Shown here piece after piece: positions 1 to 7,983 of a stretch of DNA of 38,841 bases. The DNA lies in IMG/VR virus record IMGVR_UViG_2541047816_000002; one strand, 5' to 3'. Source of the DNA: a virus (taxonomy: Duplodnaviria; Heunggongvirae; Uroviricota; Caudoviricetes). The notes below the pieces were generated by a model, which did no database searches, was not told the origin of the DNA, and was given only the letters and a program-made list of their open reading frames with translations. How positions within the stretch are numbered: position 1 is the first letter of the stretch; each line of letters starts with the position of its first letter. Both the position numbers and the translations under genes were made by a program.

Positions 1-1131
1 TCAAATGACCAGTTTTTTCCATTCCTTACCGCGTGCGTCGTTGTAAATATCGGTCATTTTTTGATTCGAATGGCCTAGCAAAATTTTGGTATCAACCCCC
101 TGCTCTCTGAACAATCGCTCTGATAAAGATCTCTGCTCATGGAAAGAGGGTGGGGTGCCATTAGCACGCCAGTTGTAATCCACAGAATCCCGGGCTTTTT
201 TAAATGCAACGGTTAATGTTGCTGGCTTAACCATCCCGCCGCGCTTAGCTGTCCCTTTCGCGTGATGGTGGTGCAATAGCCACGGACTAAGAACGCAATC
301 GCGGCAGGATGACACCACATCATCCAGGGTGAGATTTAATTTATCGCAACGCAGAGCCAGAGGGATGGCAATCCGGGTTCCTGTTTTTTGCTGTTCGACA
401 TGAAGATAACCATCCCGGATATCCGAAAATTGCATTTTGCAAATATCTGAAAGGCGCTGGCCTGTCATCAGTGCCAGCAGCATACCGCGCTGTAAAAAGT
501 AACCATCCTTTTCCGCTGCGTTATAAATCATCATCCACTCATCAAAAGTCAGTCGCTGTCTTGATATCCGCACCTGCGGTTTTTTTGCCGATTCTGCAGG
601 GTTAAAGCCTGGCGGGACATCGCCCGTTTGCTGAGCTTCCCGGAAAACATCGATCAGTACTTTCCTGAAAATTTGTCCCATTCTGTTATGTCCTCTGGCC
701 TTGTACTCTTCCAGTACTGATACCACATCTTTTACGGTTATGGCATCTAACGGTCTGGTGCCAAAACGTTCATCAAATACCCTGAGAGGGGCCGCTTTCT
801 GTTTCAGCGTGTTGAGTTTGATCTCGCCGTTTTCATATCTTTCCTGTTGAATTTTTCTGTAATTATTCAGAAAAATGGTAACGGTTGATGAACCGCCGGT
901 ATCACTAATAATTTTCTCCTGCAGACTGAGCATTTGTTCCATTTGCTGCCGGGCAAGACGGCTGTTCGCTTCTGCTGCAATAGTTTCTGCCAGTTTCTGG
1001 TCAATACTGCCGAGACCGTGATTTTTGCCTGTTATGGGATGCCTGTAACGCCAGTAAACTTTGTTATTTCTTTTGTCAAAATACGGAGATAATCCCGGAA
1101 CATCGGTTTTATATTTTCGCGGGCGCGCCAT
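1..1131 (-). CDS. int: Phage tyrosine integrase (site-specific recombinase)
   Basis: 376-aa ORF; C-terminal ...LLGHSNQKMTDIYNDARG... typical of lambda-family tyrosine recombinases; overlaps a downstream excisionase-like gene; stop codon is at nt 1-3 so attL lies outside the window. Confidence 0.88.
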   Translation of the reverse strand: MARPRKYKTDVPGLSPYFDKRNNKVYWRYRHPITGKNHGLGSIDQKLAETIAAEANSRLARQQMEQMLSLQEKIISDTGGSSTVTIFLNNYRKIQQERYENGEIKLNTLKQKAAPLRVFDERFGTRPLDAITVKDVVSVLEEYKARGHNRMGQIFRKVLIDVFREAQQTGDVPPGFNPAESAKKPQVRISRQRLTFDEWMMIYNAAEKDGYFLQRGMLLALMTGQRLSDICKMQFSDIRDGYLHVEQQKTGTRIAIPLALRCDKLNLTLDDVVSSCRDCVLSPWLLHHHHAKGTAKRGGMVKPATLTVAFKKARDSVDYNWRANGTPPSFHEQRSLSERLFREQGVDTKILLGHSNQKMTDIYNDARGKEWKKLVI

Positions 1132-1357
1132 CTTCCAGTATCCTCTTCAAAGCAGGGTGATCTGTGGCGATCACCTCCGGCTTGTTTACCATTCCGACAA
1201 AGCGAGCTTGCGGATCCACTCGCCAGCGTCTTCCAACTTTTTTGGGGAGAGGAAATATCATTCCGGCTTTAGCGTATTTACTTAACGTACTCGGAGTAGG
1301 GACCGGTTCACTGAATTCCTCTTTTGCCCACTCAGTGAGCAGAATAAGTCTTGCCAT
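1109..1357 (-). CDS. xis: Excisionase-like small DNA-binding protein
   Basis: 82-aa ORF immediately upstream of int, overlapping its start by 23 nt; basic small protein in the canonical xis position. Confidence 0.7.
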   Translation of the reverse strand: MARLILLTEWAKEEFSEPVPTPSTLSKYAKAGMIFPLPKKVGRRWRVDPQARFVGMVNKPEVIATDHPALKRILEDGAPAKI

Positions 1358-1421
1358 GAGCGTCGTTCGCTAATCATGGTCGCCGCCACTATAGCTGGTG
1401 GGCAACGACCGGGGTTGAACA

Positions 1422-3893
1422 TTAAAAATCAGCCTGATTCGGGATCAGTTTTTGCCAGATAACTGAAACGTATTTTGCCTGGTAACGGGCGTCATCAAGT
1501 GCATTATGGCGCTCACCTTCGAATGGAATAGCCGTTCTGGCATCGAAGTCTATGGCTTTCCCCAGCTCAACGATTGTGCGTACATCGCGATCGTTGTAGT
1601 AACGCCATGGGCAGGGGATCCCCTGCCGTTCGTATGAACGGCGCAAAATCGTGTTGTCGAAGTTGGCTCCATTTCCCCAGACCTGAACAAAAAATTCGCC
1701 GGAGTTTTCGTCGATAAATTCCCGCAATTGCAGCAGTGCATCATCTAACGGGATTTCATCGGTCAGAATGGCAGATTGCGCCTCCCGTGATTGCTTAAGC
1801 CACCATTTAATGGTGCCACGATCAATGACTCCGCCAGCAGTATCCATATCGATGGTCTTACTAAATTCCGGCCCCATATCTCCGGTTTGCGGATCGAAAA
1901 ATATTGCACCTATTGAGATAAGCGGGGCATCGGGATTTTTTCCCATGGTTTCAAGGTTGATCATCATGTGGTGCCACATTCTGCTGGTGGATGTGATAAC
2001 GTGATGACCGTTCATCGCAATTAAGGGATCTGCCGTCTCGCCAGTTTCACTATCGCTGGCGTGATCCTGAGCGCTACCAGCATTCTCCTTGTGTGGATGT
2101 TCAGCGCCTTCCATTTCCTTCGGATCATTTTCCTGAACTTCAACCTGATTCTCTTCATCGAATGTTTCCTGGTATGTTGCGTCGCCCATTACCGCGCCAC
2201 AATCAGGGCAGTTGCCACCACCGCTTTGACCGCAGGCGGTGCAGACTTTTTCCGGTTCCTGTTGCGCTACTGGCTCAGGTTGTTTCGTTTCTGGCTCGTT
2301 TTGTAACGCATTTGGGCTGTTTTGTTCCGCTTTCTGGCCGTTCTGTTCCGTTTCTTGTTGGTTCTGATTCACTGAATCGCGGGTTTCAATCCCCTTCACC
2401 CATTTCGGATCATTCGGGTCGCTAATCCCTGCAACAAATTCACCACGTGATACAGCAAGCAACTTATTGGCGTCAGGCTGGCTGATATTGGCTGCCTGCA
2501 TAATTTTGTTTACTTCGTCAGCGGTAACTTTTACCGGCTCTGGTTGTGCGATCGTGTCAGATGCACCAGTATTTTGTTGTGAACCTGAGTATGTACTGTT
2601 TTTGCGGGCGAAATATTCTTCTTTCGTGATTTCAGTAGCCCCAGCAGACAGCGCCTTATCCAGACCAGAAAGTTTGTTTGCGCGACCGTATTTTTCGCCA
2701 TCCTTGTCGGTGAAGAGGAAGTAGAACGGCCCCTCACGTTCTACAGATGGTTCGACTTCCACTTTGCATTCGGTTTTTTCGTTGTCCGGAATTGCCGTTT
2801 CCACTGCATCAGTTTCTGGTACTGGCGACGAGAGAGTATCAGTTGCGCTCTGATTTGTTCCTTCATCTTCAAACACGCCCTTTGTAGTCAGGTATTCAGT
2901 AATGTATTTGTTCAGTGCCACAGGGTCTTTGTGAATGTCGATCGGACGTTCACGGACAAGGCCAAAAATAGTCTGGCGGTCGTAGCGAAGGGCATCAGGC
3001 TGTTTGCGCATTGATGCCGAGATACGCTTCCAGTCTTCGCGGTCGTTGTCGATAACTTCATTTTTTGCCCAGCGATGGATGCTGCCGTCAATGTTTCCGG
3101 CATCCACATCACCAGGCCAGAGAGCGTAGGCCAGTTCGTCATCCAGTGTTTTCCATGTCTGCTTGTATTCGCGATGAATGGCAGCAATGACCGGGTTGAT
3201 TTTTCCTGTTGAATTTTCAGTGTGCTGTTGATTGGCTCTGGCGCGGGCGAGATCAACAACAGACGTGTATTTTCCGGCTTCCTTGCGTTCACCTTCGCGA
3301 CGTTTTTTCCAGATGCGCATCTCTGCCTGAATTTCGGGCCATTTGGCACCAGGCTTACATTTATGCTTAACCCACCCGATGGCATGCAGCTTAAGCTCCG
3401 GATACATGGCGTTAACTTCTGGCATTTTCATCAACGCTTCAACGATATGTCCGTCGAATGTTGCCATGTCTTCCTGCAACAATTCCTGTGCGCTAATAAC
3501 CATATCAACGGTGATGTTTTCACATGTGTCGAACTTAACCATGACAGCGTTCTGTACTTCAGGGGCCAGCTTGTCAAAAGTGACGTTCATCGGATCGGAT
3601 TCAGTCTCAACCGGGACAAAGGAAGCAGACTCCTCATCCCAGCGGTTTTCCTGCATATATTCAGCATCCCAGGAATCGAGGGCAGGGCGGGGTATACCGG
3701 GTTTATCCTCGCAGACAAGAAATTTATAAGCGCAGTCCTGAGCAGCCGGATAATGCTCCAGGAATTGCCAGTGAAATTTTGCGCGGGCGCGACGTTCATC
3801 ACCGGCTTCAATGGCAGTGGCTACAGCGACGGCACCTTCTTCCTTTATTGCCTGTTCGTCCGGAATGGCGGCGCAAATAAAGACTTTACTCAT
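1422..3893 (-). CDS. Large early-operon protein with C-terminal DnaQ-like (DEDDh) 3'-5' exonuclease-like domain
   Basis: 823-aa ORF; RBS GAGGT 9 nt upstream of ATG at 3893; C-terminal ...ERHNALDDARYQAKY... resembles the DnaQ Exo III motif (H-x-A-L-x-D-A); internal CxxC...CxxC (CTACGQSGGGNCPDCG); acidic/Gln-rich linker. Confidence 0.6.
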   Translation of the reverse strand: MSKVFICAAIPDEQAIKEEGAVAVATAIEAGDERRARAKFHWQFLEHYPAAQDCAYKFLVCEDKPGIPRPALDSWDAEYMQENRWDEESASFVPVETESDPMNVTFDKLAPEVQNAVMVKFDTCENITVDMVISAQELLQEDMATFDGHIVEALMKMPEVNAMYPELKLHAIGWVKHKCKPGAKWPEIQAEMRIWKKRREGERKEAGKYTSVVDLARARANQQHTENSTGKINPVIAAIHREYKQTWKTLDDELAYALWPGDVDAGNIDGSIHRWAKNEVIDNDREDWKRISASMRKQPDALRYDRQTIFGLVRERPIDIHKDPVALNKYITEYLTTKGVFEDEGTNQSATDTLSSPVPETDAVETAIPDNEKTECKVEVEPSVEREGPFYFLFTDKDGEKYGRANKLSGLDKALSAGATEITKEEYFARKNSTYSGSQQNTGASDTIAQPEPVKVTADEVNKIMQAANISQPDANKLLAVSRGEFVAGISDPNDPKWVKGIETRDSVNQNQQETEQNGQKAEQNSPNALQNEPETKQPEPVAQQEPEKVCTACGQSGGGNCPDCGAVMGDATYQETFDEENQVEVQENDPKEMEGAEHPHKENAGSAQDHASDSETGETADPLIAMNGHHVITSTSRMWHHMMINLETMGKNPDAPLISIGAIFFDPQTGDMGPEFSKTIDMDTAGGVIDRGTIKWWLKQSREAQSAILTDEIPLDDALLQLREFIDENSGEFFVQVWGNGANFDNTILRRSYERQGIPCPWRYYNDRDVRTIVELGKAIDFDARTAIPFEGERHNALDDARYQAKYVSVIWQKLIPNQADF

Positions 3894-3985
3894 TTTGTTT
3901 TACCTCATTACAGATTTAAGGGTGAACAAATCCCTGCCATTGCTGGCATATAAGAATGAAACCGGATATTTATTACGGAACTGTT

Positions 3986-4177
3986 TTAAAGACCTGCCGG
4001 GATTTCGTTATTGTCCATGTGAATAACTTTATCGACCGGATAACAGTTGCCGGGAATTTTCTGTTCCGCTGCGGCAGCCATGCATTCTTTCATTGAGTTG
4101 TACATGCCGGTGATTGCATCAAGCGACTCACCAGTATTGAGATGTACAGTCAGAATGAGTACGAATAATGTGTTCAT
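3986..4177 (-). CDS. Small protein with N-terminal hydrophobic (signal/TM-like) segment
   Basis: ATG at 4177 preceded by GGAGAG; MNTLFVLILTVHL... hydrophobic N-terminus; start overlaps stop of upstream ORF (ATGA). Confidence 0.5.
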   Translation of the reverse strand: MNTLFVLILTVHLNTGESLDAITGMYNSMKECMAAAAEQKIPGNCYPVDKVIHMDNNEIPAGL

Positions 4178-4362
4178 CGCCACTCTCCGAAAATACCGAG
4201 TTTAAGAAGGGCAATTCTGGAGAGTATGGAATTGTCATTCAGCAGGTAGGGTTCATATTTTCTCATTTTGATTGCATCCTCGGTGAAATCCCTGTTACTG
4301 AGCAGAACACCAATATTAAAGCACCCGTCAGACGTATTAACGTTTGGTAGTGACGTTTCCAT
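4174..4362 (-). CDS. Hypothetical small protein
   Basis: 62-aa ORF; GAGGA RBS 8 nt upstream of ATG at 4362; lies 10 nt downstream of the Rha-like gene stop. Confidence 0.5.
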   Translation of the reverse strand: METSLPNVNTSDGCFNIGVLLSNRDFTEDAIKMRKYEPYLLNDNSILSRIALLKLGIFGEWR

Positions 4363-4372
4363 TATCGCGTCC

Positions 4373-4930
4373 TCAACTATGAATTTTTAGCAATTGCTCC
4401 ACAGTCATATTTTTAATTGCGCTCCGGTTTACAAGAGTCCATCCTTGTTTCTCCAGATAAAACCGGAAGGTATCCAGGGTGCAGACCATTGCGCCGTCAG
4501 GAACGGTTTCAGTGAATTTGATATTGCCGTGTTCGTCGAGACGGATAACCAGGGTGCGTCCGTCCCCGTGAATCATTTTGTCGGGAGACGGGGCGTTATT
4601 CTGGCGCAGTTCAGCTTCCATGCGGTCGAACTCAGCAATGTATGCCTCTTTAAATGCAGCGGCTTTTTTGCCAGTGAAGCCCATCACCAGGAAAACGAAG
4701 CCGTTTTTGGTGATTTGGTACATTGGGAGTTTGCGCCCGGTTGAGTCGGTGTATTCGCTCGACACAAAATTGTGCTCAGTGAATTTTGCTGAACAGTCCA
4801 GATTGCGAATTTTATCCAACACTCGTTCGTGGCGTTTGCCAAAGAACTCGGCGATCGCAACAGACGTAGTGACAGCGCGACCATTTTCGATGGTTACGTC
4901 AGGGTGAGAAAGGGTAAGGATAGTAGCCAT
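4373..4930 (-). CDS. Phage regulatory protein, Rha family
   Basis: Start chosen at internal ATG (4930) with GGAGG 8 nt upstream; the longer track ORF (to 5227) would run through an intrinsic terminator; contains ...KLPMYQITKNGFVFLVMGFTGKKAAAFKEAYIAEF... Rha-like core. Confidence 0.72.
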   Translation of the reverse strand: MATILTLSHPDVTIENGRAVTTSVAIAEFFGKRHERVLDKIRNLDCSAKFTEHNFVSSEYTDSTGRKLPMYQITKNGFVFLVMGFTGKKAAAFKEAYIAEFDRMEAELRQNNAPSPDKMIHGDGRTLVIRLDEHGNIKFTETVPDGAMVCTLDTFRFYLEKQGWTLVNRSAIKNMTVEQLLKIHS

Positions 4931-5099
4931 GATGGCAGCCTCCGCGATGAATTTGATTAACTCACCACCGAGGTTTTCCACGACCATAAGGGTGGTGAGA
5001 CGTACAGGGGTGGAAATACCGGTCATCACGGAACCCGGCCAGCCTTGCGGCTGCCCTGCACGCCCCACCATAATGCGAATGTGGCTGTGCTTAACGCAT

Positions 5100-5122
5100 A
5101 AAAAAACCGCCTGAGCGCGGTT
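5100..5122 (-). terminator. Rho-independent terminator for leftward transcription
   Basis: Minus-strand hairpin AACCGC-loop-GCGGTT followed by a T7 run (an A run on the plus strand). Confidence 0.6.
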
Positions 5123-5799
5123 ATGCGCCGTGAATGATTTCGGGTTTCCACGCCCGGCACCCGTTTTATGAGGTGCAGGTGCACTATAATTCCACCCGTT
5201 CTGGTTTTCAATAGCTACATTCAACATTTTCTCTCACCTTTTCAGCGGAGTGAACTTTGTGATGCAGTGCCTGGTGCCTCCAGGTGACGTTAACCAGTTA
5301 ACAATTAACGCCGGATACAGAGAATCCACCCATAACACTGTTTTTGGTTTTAACTGTTCCGCGTGCGCTGAGCCGCATTCACCGCATCACAAAATTCACT
5401 TTAAAAAGGGCGGCAGAGCAGTCACGGAGTAAAACTGATACCGCCAAACGTCACCAGAAAATTGATAACAGAGGGCGTTGCAGCGGGGTTGTCACTTAAG
5501 CGTATGGTCAACCTGACAACCCGGTGTCCTCAACGGGGGAAGGAATAACCCCGCCATACTTACCGCCGCGCCATTTCGCGGATTGCCACAACCGGAAGCG
5601 CACGGTCGACGAAAATTTAACGACAGGCTATCTATGAACCAGCTACCTCGCCGTGCGCTTTCGCGTTATGGTCTGACTTTTCAGGGAAATATCCTTTCAG
5701 TAAACTGTCAGTGCCGGATTCTTATCCGTGTCCGGCGCACGACCACACGCTGTCACGAGAGGTCTCCATTCTCAACCAGTAACCTCAATGGAGGATAAA

Positions 5800-5994
5800 A
5801 TGTCAGAGCAGGAGTTAAAACTTGGTGCATGTTATTGTGTTCTCAAGGAGCTGGTACACATGCTTCCATCTACTCAGTATCAACAGTTAGTTGGCAATTT
5901 AAATCAGCGAATCGAAGCTATGTTAAAATCTGATGGTTTTAATAACGTAGAAACGCTGATGCTAAAAAGATATCTTGATGGATTAATCAGATAA
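5800..5994 (+). CDS. Hypothetical small protein (64 aa), rightward-oriented inside the leftward early region
   Basis: ATG at 5800 with GGAGG RBS (aatGGAGGataaaATG); 3' end overlaps the convergent minus-strand gene by 12 nt. Confidence 0.5.
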   Translation: MSEQELKLGACYCVLKELVHMLPSTQYQQLVGNLNQRIEAMLKSDGFNNVETLMLKRYLDGLIR

Positions 5995-6333
5995 CATTTT
6001 TTTACGGCGTTCATATTCGTTAATATTTATGAAGCCTGTTGCCAGAAGCAGTTCGTTAATTTCATGGTTGTTTGGCTGTTTCTGGCTCTTTGAACTGGGA
6101 TCTTCCACTTCTTTTTCTGCAAATTGTTTTGCTGTATCCTCTGTGCCATGGATATTTAAAGCTGTATCTGAAAACAGCCCAGTAAACGCATCGCGCACAT
6201 TACGAGCCATATTATCAGTGTCTTTTTTTGTTACCGATTCCAATTCAAGTTCGTTCAGACGATGACGAAGTGTGTGTGCTGCAATCTCCTGGATTGAAGG
6301 AGGTAAATCTTTAAATTCCATCGTCAACCTCAT
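5983..6333 (-). CDS. Hypothetical protein (116 aa; alternative start MEFKDL... at 6321)
   Basis: ATG overlaps stop of upstream gene (TGATG coupling); second ATG 4 codons in has GAGG RBS. Confidence 0.55.
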   Translation of the reverse strand: MRLTMEFKDLPPSIQEIAAHTLRHRLNELELESVTKKDTDNMARNVRDAFTGLFSDTALNIHGTEDTAKQFAEKEVEDPSSKSQKQPNNHEINELLLATGFININEYERRKKMLSD

Positions 6334-6485
6334 CAGTCAGTGTTTCTGGCTAACCAGCGACGCGCGCCAGCTGCGGTTTTAAACGTTTTGCTTTTGGTAT
6401 ACGTCATCGCGGTGAACGTACCGTCCTGGTTTGGGAACACACCACATACCAGAGATTCGCTGTTGCCAAGATCGATAGTATCCAT
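6333..6485 (-). CDS. Hypothetical small protein (50 aa), first gene downstream of the left operator region
   Basis: ATG at 6485 with GAGGT RBS; not Arg-rich, so not an N-like antiterminator. Confidence 0.45.
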   Translation of the reverse strand: MDTIDLGNSESLVCGVFPNQDGTFTAMTYTKSKTFKTAAGARRWLARNTD

Positions 6486-6671
6486 GCTGACCTCATTTCC
6501 CCTTAACGCCGGGGTAGCGGAACAAAAACCTGCTGCATAGTTATTAAAGTTGAACCCTGCCGTCATGTTCTTACGCCTCGGGCTGGCTACTTAACCCCTG
6601 ACCACTGCCTGGTAACTCGAAGTATTGCCCTGCATTCTGTGGGGCGGGGTGGGTTGGTATGAAAAGAAGGA

Positions 6672-6708
6672 TACCCATAGGTATTTAAAAAGTAAATACC
6701 CATGGGTA
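6672..6708. promoter_or_regulatory. Left operator-like region: two palindromic TACC-N4-GGTA sites (6672-6683, 6697-6708)
   Basis: tacccataggta and tacccatgggta (perfect palindrome) between repressor stop and the first leftward gene. Confidence 0.55.
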
Positions 6709-6750
6709 AATTTTTGCGGTGTCTTAACTGGTGACTAGTTGTTTGGTGAG

Positions 6751-7170
6751 CTATGATGCGTTTTGTGCTTTCTTTTTACGGATTTCTTCGTAGATCATAT
6801 TGTAATACTGTTTTTTCTCTTCAAGAGTTTTTAATAATTTATCCGCTTCACTTTCTGGCAGTTCGTCTAAGAGATCTAAAAAAATACGTTGTCGTGGCGT
6901 TAGAACCCTTGTTTCATAACTGGAGGCTGTGTTCGTTGATGATGAAACGATACCATCCATCCATCCCCGGGGTAACCCAAAGGACTCTTCGATAATCTCC
7001 ACCATATCATCAGCGATCCGTTTTTTTCCCTTTTTCCCCTCTGGGTACAACATTCTTGATACATAAGAAGGCTCGCGCCCGATCTTTCTGGCCACGTTAA
7101 CCGCTTTACCATCGCATTTCTCATCACGAATTTTGATGAGTTGCTGTCGTCTAAATTCATATTTGTCCAT
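6751..7170 (-). CDS. Prophage repressor, HTH protein without a LexA-like peptidase domain
   Basis: 139 aa; divergent from a Cro-like gene; CII/Cro-like HTH segment ...GKAVNVARKIGREPSYVSRML...; no Ser/Lys autocleavage module evident. Confidence 0.65.
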   Translation of the reverse strand: MDKYEFRRQQLIKIRDEKCDGKAVNVARKIGREPSYVSRMLYPEGKKGKKRIADDMVEIIEESFGLPRGWMDGIVSSSTNTASSYETRVLTPRQRIFLDLLDELPESEADKLLKTLEEKKQYYNMIYEEIRKKKAQNAS

Positions 7171-7190
7171 AGGTAAATAATAGATGCGAT

Positions 7191-7246
7191 TACCGCAAGG
7201 TAAACAACCTGTGGGTATTGACTTTTGTTTACCTGTGGGTATTCTT
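7191..7246. promoter_or_regulatory. Right operator/promoter region: three TACC-N4-GGTA-like sites (7191-7202, 7206-7217, 7230-7241) overlapping a rightward promoter (-35 TTGACT 7218-7223, -10 TATTCT 7240-7245)
   Basis: Repeated operator motif between divergent repressor and Cro-like genes; RBS AGGAG at 7261. Confidence 0.55.
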
Positions 7247-7270
7247 TGCTGTGTTTACTAAGGAGTAGCT

Positions 7271-7552
7271 ATGGAAGAATTAAGAATATTTCTCAATTCT
7301 CTTTCGTCAGATGAACAGCGTATGTTTGCATGCGAGTGTGGTACCAGCATCGGTTATCTAAGAAAGGCATTGAGTAAAGGTCAAGTGTTAGGGGCATCGT
7401 TATGTGTCCTTATTGAGCGAGCCAGTAATGGTGAAGTTACACGTCAGCAACTAAGGCCTTTTGATTGGATGAATATTTGGCCCGAGCTGGAAGATACCAA
7501 AACGTTAACACAACCACTTTCTAGGAGCTTGATTCATGAAAATCAAGCATGA
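7271..7552 (+). CDS. Cro-like / YdaS-like HTH regulator
   Basis: 93 aa; first rightward gene after the operators; AGGAG RBS. Confidence 0.6.
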   Translation: MEELRIFLNSLSSDEQRMFACECGTSIGYLRKALSKGQVLGASLCVLIERASNGEVTRQQLRPFDWMNIWPELEDTKTLTQPLSRSLIHENQA

Positions 7553-7961
7553 ACACATCCGCATGGCGATGAATGCCTGGGCGCGTCCTGATGGCGAAAA
7601 AGTTCCAGCAGCTGGAATAACCCAGGCTTATTTTGAGTTGGGTATGACGTTCCCAGAACTGTATGACGACAGCCATCCGGAAGCCCTGGCTCGCAATACC
7701 CAGAAAATTTTCCGCTGGGTAGAGAAAGACACCCCTGATGCTGTTGAAAAAATGCAGGCTCTGTTACCGGCGATCGAAAAGGCGATGCCGCCTTTGCTGG
7801 TGGCCCGTATGCGCAGCCACAGTTCTGAATATTACCGTGAGATCGTCGAACGGAGGGATCGGCTGGTGAAGGATGTCGATGATTTTGTTGCGTCAGCGGT
7901 TGTTTTGTATGACCAGATGAATCGCGGCGGCCCGGCAGGGAATGCTGTGGTGATGCACTAA
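7536..7961 (+). CDS. YdaT-like protein (CII-position regulator)
   Basis: 141 aa; overlaps Cro-like gene end; position and size match ydaT-type genes of Rac-like prophages (recalled). Confidence 0.5.
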   Translation: MKIKHEHIRMAMNAWARPDGEKVPAAGITQAYFELGMTFPELYDDSHPEALARNTQKIFRWVEKDTPDAVEKMQALLPAIEKAMPPLLVARMRSHSSEYYREIVERRDRLVKDVDDFVASAVVLYDQMNRGGPAGNAVVMH

Positions 7962-7983
7962 AAGCACGGTGTTCGGGGGTTTT

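Noticed and set aside
3222-3953. 243-aa plus-strand ORF inside the large early gene
   Set aside because: Antisense to the 823-aa ORF, which has a proper RBS and a recognisable domain; no start signals.
4931-5227. N-terminal extension of the Rha-family ORF (track ORF 4373-5227, 284 aa)
   Set aside because: The extension would be translated through an intrinsic terminator (5100-5122) and has no RBS; the internal ATG at 4930 has GGAGG at ideal spacing.
6333-6485. N-like antiterminator as first gene of the left operon
   Set aside because: The 50-aa product lacks the Arg-rich RNA-binding motif expected of N proteins; function left unassigned.
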